DNA from: Bacillota bacterium
GTDB taxonomy: Bacteria > Bacillota > Sulfobacillia > Sulfobacillales > JAIMBI01
Assembly: GCA_021820465.1 (NCBI GenBank)
Contig: JAKADP010000005.1
Span: 9,661 to 73,660 of the forward strand
Direction: 5' to 3'
DNA: 64,000 nt
Below are positions 26,551 through 35,160 of the stretch, piece after piece (positions within the stretch are counted from its first letter, which is position 1; each line of letters opens with the position of its first letter). Under the pieces are notes generated by a model. That model had not been told where the DNA came from, searched no databases, and saw only the letters and a program-made list of their open reading frames with translations. Position numbers and translations under genes: made by a program.

Positions 26551-27024
26551 TTATGGAGCGGGATCCGTGGGGACCGCTGCGCGCATCACGGGCAGCGTGC
26601 GGCCCGGAATGGAGCCGGACGGCGCCTGACCAATGACCTCGGCCCCCATCCGGGCATAAAACGGCACGGCGTGGGGGTCCGCATCCCATGTGAGGGTTTG
26701 TGCCCCGGCCCGGGCCGCGCGGCGCAGGGCCGACAACCAGAGCCTGCGCCCCACACCGCGGCGCTGGTGGTCGGGGGACACATAGAGCTTGTCCAGCCGT
26801 GCGTCCGGGCGTGACGGGTCCAGCACGTAGAATCCGATCGCCGCGTCGCCCGGGCCGTCGATGGCCACCTCCACGATGAGCGTCGCGATGTCCGCCCGCG
26901 TGACCGCGAGCTCGTCGCGGCACTGCTCCAGGAAGCCCGCGTCGTAGCCCCAAACGCCCTTGGATGCTAAGGCCAGGCGCGAGAGGATTGGAGCGTCCTG
27001 TGGCTGGGCCGACCGCATGCGCAT
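26551..27024 (-). CDS. GNAT family N-acetyltransferase
   Basis: GNAT motif A is DKLYVSPDHQRRGVGRRL, followed by FYARMG. Confidence 0.8.
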   Translation of the reverse strand: MRMRSAQPQDAPILSRLALASKGVWGYDAGFLEQCRDELAVTRADIATLIVEVAIDGPGDAAIGFYVLDPSRPDARLDKLYVSPDHQRRGVGRRLWLSALRRAARAGAQTLTWDADPHAVPFYARMGAEVIGQAPSGSIPGRTLPVMRAAVPTDPAP

Positions 27025-27536
27025 GGCTCCCCTCCCTTCACGACCAGTCTACCATCGCCCGGTCGGTGCGCTCATCAGGCAGCGGGGCCCGGGCGGAGTC
27101 CGCAAGCGTTGTGTAAGGAAGCCGGGCGTTCGAGAAGGACCCAGGTGGTCCTGCGCACACGCCATCCCTCCGGGGATGTCCTCGGTGAATCACCCGCCGC
27201 GCGGGCGTCCGCCTGTCTCTTGCCCTTCGCTTCGGGCTCACTTCGCCTAGCTCTGGTTCCGCTGCGGATGGGGAGACCGACTTTTATCCCTGGCTGCGGA
27301 CGTCACCTGGAGTTCACCGCGCAGCAGGAGGAAGGCGCGTCGTGGGGGCACCCGCCGGGGCCATCGTGCTTGATGAAACCCTCGGCGACTGATACGTTAG
27401 GGCAGGCGGTGGTGTCTCGCGAAGACACCAGATCCGGAGCCCACTAGGCTTAGGAGGGATTCCCGTGGTTGGCATTAGGCTCTTAGAAGCTTTGGGCCCA
27501 CCGCGGGAGACGTGCGCCCTTAAGGCGGTTTAAGGC

Positions 27537-27577
27537 CACTCCCCGCGTCGACACCGACGAAGGGGAGTGAGGTTTTT
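27537..27577 (+). terminator. SD-sequestering hairpin with U-tract at the end of a long leader
   Basis: CACTCCCC (27537-27544) pairs with GGGGAGTG (27562-27569). There is an inner stem CGTCG/CGACG, then TTTTT at 27573-27577. The 3' arm is the AAGGGGAG Shine-Dalgarno of the MFS gene. Confidence 0.5.
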
Positions 27578-28751
27578 GCGTGCGTCCGCGTCTAGCTCCC
27601 GCTGGTGGCGCTGGCTCTATCTCGATGAAGGGCTCGTAATGTCGGGCGCCCAGTTCCGTGAAGTGGCCCTCGCGCTGCTGATGCTGACCTTGTGGCCGAA
27701 TCCCAAGAGCTATGCCCTGGCGATGGTAGCCCAGATGCTTCCCCGGGTAGGGCTGGCCCAGGTGTGGAGTGCGATGGCCGACCGATATTCCCCCAAACGC
27801 ATCCTAGTGGCGTCGTACCTCCTGAGGGCGGGGGTCGTGCTGGTCCTAGCCACTGCCGCGGGCATCCCGACGGCGATGGGCGCGCTCGCGGTGATGGGCG
27901 CCGCCACCGGGGTGGGCACGGTGGCCATGGCCCACTATCTTGTGGATCCCGACGGCCGGCGGGTGACGGCCCTAGTGAGTCGCCTCAGGGTGGTGGGCAG
28001 CCTGGCTTCGGGGGTCATGCCGCTGGCGGCCGGCCTGGCCCTCCGCCTCTGGGGGGCCAAGCTTGGCTTTGACGTGAGCGCGGCGGCGTATCTCTTGGCC
28101 GCCCTGGCGCTCGCTCAGCTGCCCGCCCGGCAGGCCCTCCGGATGGGCCGCGTCCGCCGCGCGGGGGCTGCGCGCAGCGTCGAGGCGCCACTCCGGCGCC
28201 AGATGGCCGTCGTGGGCGCGGTCAACGCGCTGATGTGGGTGGCCAATATCCTGTACACGGACTACATCCTCGTGCGGCTGTCGGCCGGTCCCTTGGGATT
28301 CGGCGTGGCCCTCGCCCTTTGGTACGGAGCCGGCCTGCTGGCCGCGTGGTGCCTGCCGCGGCTCGCCCTCGACCGGGTGACGGGGGTGGTCGGGAGCCTC
28401 TGTCTGCTTGTGGCCGCCCTCTGGCTGGTGATGACGGAGCCCGTGCCGTTCTGGGTGGTGGCGGCGGTGGGGGTGCCGGAAGGCTTTGCCCTTTGGCTGC
28501 TGACCGACCTTGTCCAGAGTCGCGTGCTCGTGGCGGCGCCTGAAGCCGGCCGCGGCGCGCTGGTCGCGGCGGCGCAGGCGTGGGCCACCGGCGGCCGGCT
28601 CGTTGGACTCGGCGCGGCCATCGCGGTGCCGGTGTTTCAGCACGTGCATGCCGGATTCGCCGTGCTGGCCGTGGGGGCGCTGGGGGTGGCTGGGGTTTGG
28701 ATGGGGTTTGGATGGGAGAGGAGGTCAGCAGGCGCCGCCCAAGGCTGCTGA
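27576..28751 (+). CDS. MFS transporter
   Basis: About 12 hydrophobic segments. TTG at 27576 lies 8 nt after GGGGAG. The track start is GTG at 27567. Confidence 0.8.
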   Translation: MRASASSSRWWRWLYLDEGLVMSGAQFREVALALLMLTLWPNPKSYALAMVAQMLPRVGLAQVWSAMADRYSPKRILVASYLLRAGVVLVLATAAGIPTAMGALAVMGAATGVGTVAMAHYLVDPDGRRVTALVSRLRVVGSLASGVMPLAAGLALRLWGAKLGFDVSAAAYLLAALALAQLPARQALRMGRVRRAGAARSVEAPLRRQMAVVGAVNALMWVANILYTDYILVRLSAGPLGFGVALALWYGAGLLAAWCLPRLALDRVTGVVGSLCLLVAALWLVMTEPVPFWVVAAVGVPEGFALWLLTDLVQSRVLVAAPEAGRGALVAAAQAWATGGRLVGLGAAIAVPVFQHVHAGFAVLAVGALGVAGVWMGFGWERRSAGAAQGC

Positions 28752-28776
28752 CGCCCTCTCGTGAGGGACTGTCCGC

Positions 28777-30042
28777 CTACAGCGCGACGGACGACGCGTG
28801 CGCCTGGACGCGCGACAGTCCCATGTAGGCGGTGAGCGCCCCGCCCACCGTCAAGATGGCCGCCAGCCACAGCATGGCCTGCAGTCCCCAGGCGTCCACG
28901 GCCGCCGTGCCCAGCAGGGGACCCATGAACCAGGATAGCTGCTGGGGCAGGATCGAGAGGTTCATGATGGAGCTCTTGCGGTCTGGCGGGCTGACCTTGG
29001 CTAGGAGCGTCATCAGGTTGGCGGAGACGCCCCCCTGAAAGAGCCCTTGGACCGTCCGGCTGACGGCGATGACGTCCAGGATGGCCACCCATGCCTGACC
29101 CACCATGCCCACGGCGTTGCCCAAAAGCGACAGCCGAAGGCTCGTGAGCGCCCCGGTGCGGTCCCCGAGCCATCCCAACAGCGGGGTGCCAAGCGCCAGC
29201 GCCGCCCCGGCCACCCCAAACACGAGGCCAATCACCACGGGCAGCGGCGTCGTCAGGTGGGCGTGCCGGTACGCCACGCCCACCCAGAGAGGCAGGAACG
29301 GCTGCACCATGCCGATGCCCAGCGCGAATAGGAAGAACACCAGAAACAGCTGGCGCACGGCCGGCGTCCGCATCACGTCCTTGACCGCCGAGAGCGCCAG
29401 CTGCCCGGTCTTGGCGGTGCTTCTCTGACGCGGCTCCTCCTTCAGAAACGCCATCAGCAGCAGGGCGCCGGCCGCGCTGGCGGCGCTGTCGATCCAAAAC
29501 AGCGTGCGCAGCCCGGGGCCGGCGGCGATGAAGCCCCCAATGAGCGGGCCGACGGCGGCGGCCACGGAGGATCCCGAGGCCACCAGCGCGATGGCCAGCC
29601 CGGTGCGGCGGGCGGGGGTGATGTCCGACTGCACCGCCAGCATGACGCCGGTGTTGCCCATGGCCAGGGCCGACAGCATGCGCGCCGCCGCCAGCTGCCA
29701 GGGCGTCTGCGCCATGGCCGCGACCGCAAACAGCACCGCCTCGACAACCGAGCTGCGGACAATCACGGGCTTTCGCCCGTAGCGCTCGGCCCAAGCCCCC
29801 CAGAATGGCAGCAGGGGCAGCCCTACCAAGCCGAGAGCCCCCATGAGCCCGGTCCAGGTGGCCACCGCGTCGGCCGGCACGTGCAGCTGGCGGAGATACA
29901 GGGGGGTGAAGGCGGTAAAGTGGCCCCAGGCCAGCGATTCGGCGAAGCTAGCGGCCATGAAGAGCGCGACAGTCACCGGCCAGCGGTTTCTGTGCCGCTG
30001 GCCGGTTTCGCTCGATGGGTGGTCCGGGGTCCTGGGTCCCAC
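28777..30042 (-). CDS. MFS transporter
   Basis: MFS loop motif WGAWAERYGRKPVI and 12 TM-like segments. GTG at 30042 follows GAGGAGGG with a 5-nt spacer. The track start is at 30057. Confidence 0.85.
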   Translation of the reverse strand: MGPRTPDHPSSETGQRHRNRWPVTVALFMAASFAESLAWGHFTAFTPLYLRQLHVPADAVATWTGLMGALGLVGLPLLPFWGAWAERYGRKPVIVRSSVVEAVLFAVAAMAQTPWQLAAARMLSALAMGNTGVMLAVQSDITPARRTGLAIALVASGSSVAAAVGPLIGGFIAAGPGLRTLFWIDSAASAAGALLLMAFLKEEPRQRSTAKTGQLALSAVKDVMRTPAVRQLFLVFFLFALGIGMVQPFLPLWVGVAYRHAHLTTPLPVVIGLVFGVAGAALALGTPLLGWLGDRTGALTSLRLSLLGNAVGMVGQAWVAILDVIAVSRTVQGLFQGGVSANLMTLLAKVSPPDRKSSIMNLSILPQQLSWFMGPLLGTAAVDAWGLQAMLWLAAILTVGGALTAYMGLSRVQAHASSVAL

Positions 30043-30075
30043 AGGCGCCCTCCTCATCCGATGGGGCTCGAGGCG

Positions 30076-30897
30076 CTAGTCCGTCAGGGGAAGCACCATC
30101 TGGGGCTCCGGCACCACATGATCCGCGCGGCCCTGCACCACGCCAGTGCCGATGGAGAAGTATTCGATGACGTGGCTGCCCCAGCCGTGGCTCTTCTCTT
30201 GAATGCGGACCGCCACGATGCCCTCGGCCCCCATTTCGGCCGCTTCGGTCTGCATCCGCTCCATGGCCAGCTCCCGCGAGTCGTAAAGCGCCTGGGTGAA
30301 GTTGGCCATCTCCACGTTTTGGCCCATGGCGCGCACGCTCTGCGCGATCGTCTGATGCGCCACGTGGTAGACGCAGTTGCCCATGGTGAGGCCTACGGGC
30401 TTGTACCCGGCCTTTAAGAGCGTCCAGAAGTCCTGGCCCGACAGGTCACTGGTAAAGGGCTTGCCGTGGGCCGGCCGGTGGCTCTCGCCCAGGGACCGCA
30501 CGGCCGTGCCGACGGCCATGAACTCGGCGAGGCCCGGGCCCCACTCGTAGCGGTTCACGTCCAGCCGCACGCCGATAACCCCGTCCGCTCCCAGCTGGTC
30601 CGCCTCTTCCTCCATGCGGGACATCGCAAGCTCGCGCGCGTGGTACATGGCCTGCGTCAGCACCGTCAGCTCTTCGTTCTTGCGGAACATCTGAGACTGG
30701 TAGCCAATGTGGTAAATCGAACTCCCCACGACGAGGCCCAGCGGCTCGAAGCCTGCCTCGCGCACCAGCAGGAACTCGTTCACGGTGAGGTCAGAGGTCC
30801 ACAGGCGGTGCTCGCTCTGGCGCATGCGATTGAGCCGCTCCAACGCATGCTGCGGCAGATCGCTCGCTCCACTCGATGCCGGCGTGTCCGAAGTCAT
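30076..30897 (-). CDS. tandem YbjQ/UPF0145 (putative heavy-metal-binding domain) protein
   Basis: Two YbjQ-like repeats: GLVVGSSIYHIGYQ ... ADGVIGVRLD ... MAVGTAV, then GLTMGNCVYHVA ... AEGIVAVRI ... FSIGTGV. ATG follows GGAAGGAAGG. Confidence 0.8.
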   Translation of the reverse strand: MTSDTPASSGASDLPQHALERLNRMRQSEHRLWTSDLTVNEFLLVREAGFEPLGLVVGSSIYHIGYQSQMFRKNEELTVLTQAMYHARELAMSRMEEEADQLGADGVIGVRLDVNRYEWGPGLAEFMAVGTAVRSLGESHRPAHGKPFTSDLSGQDFWTLLKAGYKPVGLTMGNCVYHVAHQTIAQSVRAMGQNVEMANFTQALYDSRELAMERMQTEAAEMGAEGIVAVRIQEKSHGWGSHVIEYFSIGTGVVQGRADHVVPEPQMVLPLTD

Positions 30898-30951
30898 AGT
30901 TCGCCTTCCTTCCAGAGTCCAGAGTTATCTGATCGTCGGGTGCCATCGAAT

Positions 30952-31998
30952 CTAGGGCTCTACGGGCGCCCCCTCCGTGTTGGCGAGGGTCTCGCCAGAC
31001 TCCACGGGGCCCGCATTGAGGTCCAAGGCGTGGTCCGCCAGATTCACCACCGGCCGGACAGCTGGCGCGGGATGCTTGCCGTCGAGCCGTCCGACGGCCG
31101 TGCCAATCACCGTCAGGTGAATGATGTGGTCCCGAAAGCTTTGCATAGTGCCGTACCCCATTCCGTACCCGCTGCCATAGCCGCCGCCCCAGCCGCCCAT
31201 GGCCGGCCGCTCTACCTCAATTTCGTCGACGGTCATATGCCACTCGGCGCCCAGCACCCCGTCGGCCGCCACCTCGCGGGCTTGGGCGCGCAGTCCGCCC
31301 ACCACGAAATCCCGAGCTTCATACACGGCGCGCGAGAAGTCGGGCACCTCCTGGTTGGTCCAGCTATTTTCGGAGTAGTTGGCTTGCCACGTGGTCATCA
31401 CGTAGTAGGCGGTGGTGGAAAACGACAGCGTGAGGGGTATGTAGCCCGCGCGGAACAGCGCCAGCGTATCTTCGGCCGTCATGCCGCCCATAAAGGGCCG
31501 GGCGGGGGCGGGCTGGCCCTCAAATGCGACGGCGGTCCCAAACGCCGTGAACTCCGACAGGCCGGCCCCCCACTCCGGGTACCGCACCTCGACGCGGCAG
31601 TTCACCACGCCGTGGGCGCCCAGCATCGCCGCTTCCGCCATGAGGCGGTCGATGGCCGTCTGGCGAGCGGTCGTAATGGCCAGGGTGAAGGGGCGAATGT
31701 CGCCATTGCCCCATGAGTTGGTGAGCCAGCCGGGATAGAAGGCCGCATGCATCACACAGGACCCGGCCACCTGGCCCAGTGCCCTCAAGCGCAGGTGGCG
31801 CGAGACGGCAAAGTCGGGCGCCGTGAGCGTGCTGGTCCACGGCGCCTGGCCGGACTTCAGTCGGTTCAGGCGGTCAATGGCGTCGACGGGGAGCCGCCCC
31901 GCCTCGAGTGCCTCGATGCTCGCGGCTTGCCGTGCCAGCCGCGCCGCCTCGTCGTGGGGGTCCGGCCGGGGGCCGGACCGCCTGCTCCAAATCGGAAT
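30952..31998 (-). CDS. tandem YbjQ/UPF0145 protein, paralogue of 30076..30897, with a probable AUU start
   Basis: The track gives only 30952..31788 (TTG). The frame is open upstream to a TGA at 32025-32023, and that stretch encodes LPVDAIDRLNRLKSGQAPWTSTLTAPDF. This is homologous to LPQHALERLNRMRQSEHRLWTSDLTVNEF in the paralogue. There is no ATG, GTG or TTG in that stretch. ATT at 31998 lies 6 nt after AAGGAGGT. Confidence 0.7.
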   Translation of the reverse strand: MPIWSRRSGPRPDPHDEAARLARQAASIEALEAGRLPVDAIDRLNRLKSGQAPWTSTLTAPDFAVSRHLRLRALGQVAGSCVMHAAFYPGWLTNSWGNGDIRPFTLAITTARQTAIDRLMAEAAMLGAHGVVNCRVEVRYPEWGAGLSEFTAFGTAVAFEGQPAPARPFMGGMTAEDTLALFRAGYIPLTLSFSTTAYYVMTTWQANYSENSWTNQEVPDFSRAVYEARDFVVGGLRAQAREVAADGVLGAEWHMTVDEIEVERPAMGGWGGGYGSGYGMGYGTMQSFRDHIIHLTVIGTAVGRLDGKHPAPAVRPVVNLADHALDLNAGPVESGETLANTEGAPVEP

Positions 31999-32046
31999 AA
32001 GCGCACCTCCTTGGGGACAGCGTCAGCTGCCGCGCGCCGCCGCAGC

Positions 32047-32430
32047 CTACAACAGGAACTGCTCCAGCGCCGTGCGGGCAGACTCGCTCGCCTGGGCATG
32101 TTCCCACAGCGCGGTGGTCAGCTCGTGCAGCCAGTGGTCGAGCGTCGCCGGCTCGGTCTTGAGGGCGATGCCGCGGACCACCTTCGCGATGCGATACGTG
32201 AACTCGCCATGCGCGTGCTCGGCCGTGAACGTTTGATCGCCCAGCGTCACCGTGATGTGCACCACCGGCCGCTGGGCTTTCTGGAACGGAAAGCCGCCGT
32301 GGCGCAACACGACCGCCCCGGCGGGCAGCGCCTGCGTCAACTTATCCGCCAGCACTTCGTGGAACGTGCTGAGGTCGCTGCTGGCGGAGCGCAGCGCTCC
32401 GGCCAGGGTGTCGAATGACCAGTCCTCCAT
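32047..32430 (-). CDS. hypothetical protein (operon member, unknown family)
   Basis: ATG at 32430 follows AGGAGG with a 6-nt spacer (track start 32445). The composition looks coding, and I recognise no motif. Confidence 0.6.
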   Translation of the reverse strand: MEDWSFDTLAGALRSASSDLSTFHEVLADKLTQALPAGAVVLRHGGFPFQKAQRPVVHITVTLGDQTFTAEHAHGEFTYRIAKVVRGIALKTEPATLDHWLHELTTALWEHAQASESARTALEQFLL

Positions 32431-32448
32431 GTCTGCCTCCTGCATCCC

Positions 32449-32694
32449 TTAACGGCCGAGCCGCCGCTCCATCTCCTGGCGATTGAACCCGATGATCAGG
32501 TCCTCCCGCCCGTCCGGCCACTGCAGCACGGTGGTGGGCGTGGACCGGGATCCCAGCGCCATCAGCTGGTCAATGTACTCCGGATTGTCGGGCAGATTCA
32601 GCTCGGTGAACACATAACCCGCTTGAGAAAGCCACGCTTTCTCCGTTTCGCAGGCACCTCACCCCGGTTGGGTGAATACCCGGATGACTGGCAT
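32449..32694 (-). CDS. glutaredoxin/NrdH-like protein with in-frame TGA (complement of 32659-32661) at the first Cys of CxxC: candidate selenoprotein
   Basis: My own translation is MPVIRVFTQPG-[TGA]-GACETEKAWLSQAGYVFTELNLPDNPEYIDQLMALGSRSTPTTVLQWPDGREDLIIGFNRQEMERRLGR. This is the glutaredoxin fold pattern (beta1, CxxC, a cis-Pro region TP, then GF). Both halves are below the track size cut-off. Confidence 0.7.
32625..32643 (-). promoter_or_regulatory. SECIS-like hairpin
   Basis: GAGAAAGC-GUG-GCUUUCUC is an 8-bp perfect stem that starts 15 nt after the TGA. The geometry is the same as at 19879-19897. Confidence 0.55.
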
Positions 32695-33022
32695 CGTCGT
32701 CTCGCTGGCCACCTATCTCACATCTTTTCTGTTCCAATTCGACTTGGCCGAATGCGCGGAGCCGCCAATCTTCTGCCTCTCGGCAGCGCCGTGGCTCTAT
32801 TATACGATAGTGGGGGGCGCCGGCCGCCCGGGTCCACGCGTCTCTGATCTTCGGAAAGTGCCAGGATGGCCGAACATGCCGTTCGCTCCGGAGCAGGACC
32901 CGGGCCGGGCGGCGCGAAGCCGGGCGATGGGAGCCGGAGATGCGGCGGCCGGGGCCGCTCCCGCACCCACGGGGAGAGCGCGGAGTCCAGCGAGCACGAC
33001 GAGAGCGAGGAGCGTGACACAT

Positions 33023-33367
33023 ATGGCATTGGCGGGATTGGGTGCGTTGGACCATGTGGCGGTGCGGGTGGAGGACCCTGAGGCGCTGACCGGATTTTTG
33101 ACGGACGTCCTGGGAGTGGAGCGCCGCGGCACCGACACGCGGCGGCTGTTTGGGCTGCCCGGCGGCGTGACGCTGGCGGTGTTCCCGGTGGGCGCCGACC
33201 AGGGCGGCATCGGCGACCGCAGCGGCACACGCCTGCCGGACCACCTGGCGCTCAGGGTGGACAGCCTGGAGGGCGTGCGCCGGCACCTGGCGGAGCATGG
33301 GTACCAGTTGGACGGAGACATGGTGGCGGCACCGGGCGGCTTGGTGCTGCAGTTTGTCGGGGATTGA
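33023..33367 (+). CDS. VOC/glyoxalase-family protein
   Basis: 114 aa with LDHVAVRVED ... PDHLALRV, the paired beta-alpha-beta-beta-beta metal motif. The start is the internal ATG at 33023. Confidence 0.8.
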   Translation: MALAGLGALDHVAVRVEDPEALTGFLTDVLGVERRGTDTRRLFGLPGGVTLAVFPVGADQGGIGDRSGTRLPDHLALRVDSLEGVRRHLAEHGYQLDGDMVAAPGGLVLQFVGD

Positions 33368-33472
33368 CCCCAAAACCGGCGCTCGACTGCGAAGGTTATG
33401 GTTAGGTAAGAATACGGCCCACTGCGGTGGGCCGCCTTCCCTACCAAACTGAGGGGTGCAGGAGGTGCAGCG

Positions 33473-33943
33473 ATGCGAGCGGTGGCCGAGATGGGGGTCC
33501 GAGGTGACCAGGCGAGCTTGGTTGACCTGATGTGGGAATTTGACGACGCGGTGAGTGCTTACTGGAAGCAGCTCCATCACGATTTGCGCGAGCTGCCCTG
33601 TCGGGTAGGGGAACTGAGAGTGCTGTGGCACATTCTCCAGGACGACACGGCTACGGGAACGGACCTAGCCCGCCGCCTCGGCATTAGCCGCGCGGCGACG
33701 TCGAATCTGCTGAAGCGCCTGACGGAATCCGGCTACCTGACGTCGGCCACCGACGAGCAGGATCATCGGCGGCGCCGCTGGGTCTTGACGGCCTCGGCGC
33801 GGCGCCTCTTGGAGCGCGTCGCACAGCGGCGGCTTGCCGTGTGGGGCCCGCTGTGGCAGAGCTTGTCGCCCACTGATCAGCAGAGGCTGGTGCGCTCCAT
33901 GGAGCAGCTGGGCTCTGGCCGCGGCACGGCCGCCTGGAAGTAG
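33473..33943 (+). CDS. MarR family transcriptional regulator
   Basis: The winged HTH is LRVLWHILQDDTATGTDLARRLGISRAATSNLLKRLTESGYL...D.RRRRW.LT. Confidence 0.85.
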   Translation: MRAVAEMGVRGDQASLVDLMWEFDDAVSAYWKQLHHDLRELPCRVGELRVLWHILQDDTATGTDLARRLGISRAATSNLLKRLTESGYLTSATDEQDHRRRRWVLTASARRLLERVAQRRLAVWGPLWQSLSPTDQQRLVRSMEQLGSGRGTAAWK

Positions 33944-34128
33944 CGGATGGCGGATCCGGCAAGTTTCCACGCCTGAGTGCGATCCTGGACGCCGGCCCAT
34001 TCGTGCCCGCCTGCCCGACTCGCTGGGCATGTTACACTCGCTCTGGGCCAAGCGCTGCCGCAGACGACGGGTCTGCGGTGCGGGGGGCCTCTGGCGTTGG
34101 AGGGACGAGCCCGAGGGGAGGTCGCACG

Positions 34129-35094
34129 ATGGCGAACAAGATCGGCAAGGGATTGGCGGCCGTCATGGCTGGCGGAATGGTTGCGGCGCTGGCCGCGTGT
34201 GGCACCAGTGCCCAGGCCAGTTCGCCGCCCGTGGCGACGGTGGGTCACGACGTCATCAGCAAGCAAGAGTGGCTGTCGACGGTGAAGAGTCTCGGCATGT
34301 TAAACGGCAGCCCGCTGTCGACCAACAAGGCAGCAGAGTACAGCCAGGTAAAGCAACTGATGGTCTGGTCGGCGGTGGAGCAGTATGTGCTGGCGCACCA
34401 CTGGACCACCAATGCCAAGGCGAGCCGGCAGGCGGCGACCGCACTGAGTCAGATTGAAAAGCAGGCGGGCAGCAAAACCGCGCTCGTAAAGCAGCTCAAA
34501 ACCCAGGGGCTGACCCTGGCGAATTTCTCCAGCTTTCTGACCAACCAAGAAATTTTGCAGGCGGCGTACGCCCGGGTGACGAAGAGCGTGAAGAAGCCCA
34601 CCACGGCCGCCATCCAGGCGTACTACAACCAGAACAAGAGCAGTTTTGTCCAGCCGGCCACGGATACGGTCCAGGCCATCCTGGTGAAGACCCGGGCCCA
34701 GGCCACGGCGCTGGAGGCCGAGCTGAAGGCGGGCAAGGCCACGTTTGCCGCGCTGGCCAAGGCGGACTCCCTCGACAAGGCCTCGGCTGCCAGTGGAGGC
34801 CAGATGGGTCCGATTCCCACCTCGGTGGCCACGGCGGCTTCGTCGGGCATTCCGGCGTCCTTCGTCACAGAGATGGACACCCTCAAGGCGGGCCAGTACG
34901 GCATCGCCGCGACGACGGCCGGGTACTACCTGATGCAGGTGACGGCGGTGACGCCGCAGAGCACCCAGTCGTTTAATGCCGTCAAGAGCCAGATTGCGAG
35001 CCAGTTGCTGTCCACCGCCCAAAGCAACACCTTTCAGAGCTTTGGCCAGCAGCAGCTCAAGAAGATGGCACACAGCATCAAGGTGAAGGCGTAG
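34129..35094 (+). CDS. prsA: parvulin-type peptidyl-prolyl isomerase lipoprotein (PrsA-like)
   Basis: ATG at 34129 follows GGGGAGGT. The lipobox is VAALAACG. The parvulin core is VQAILV...FAALAKADSLD..SAASGGQMG. Confidence 0.8.
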   Translation: MANKIGKGLAAVMAGGMVAALAACGTSAQASSPPVATVGHDVISKQEWLSTVKSLGMLNGSPLSTNKAAEYSQVKQLMVWSAVEQYVLAHHWTTNAKASRQAATALSQIEKQAGSKTALVKQLKTQGLTLANFSSFLTNQEILQAAYARVTKSVKKPTTAAIQAYYNQNKSSFVQPATDTVQAILVKTRAQATALEAELKAGKATFAALAKADSLDKASAASGGQMGPIPTSVATAASSGIPASFVTEMDTLKAGQYGIAATTAGYYLMQVTAVTPQSTQSFNAVKSQIASQLLSTAQSNTFQSFGQQQLKKMAHSIKVKA

Positions 35095-35124
35095 GCGCTG
35101 CGAGCGCCCCGGGTTCGTGGCTTG

Positions 35125-35160
35125 GCCCCCGGCCAGCGGCATGCTGGCCGGGGGCTTTGT
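35125..35160 (+). terminator. intrinsic terminator after the prsA-like gene
   Basis: A 13-bp perfect stem GCCCCCGGCCAGC / GCTGGCCGGGGGC with loop GGCAT, followed by TTTGT. Confidence 0.75.

Noticed and set aside
27395-27432. GTTAGGGCAGGCGGTGGTGTCTCGCG resembles the T-box (GGGUGGNACCGCG) and M-box (GUUAGGUGAGG) core sequences.
   Set aside because: The match is interrupted. The motif lies about 130 nt from the terminator, so it cannot form the T-box antiterminator. I found no specifier loop, K-turn or other M-box elements.
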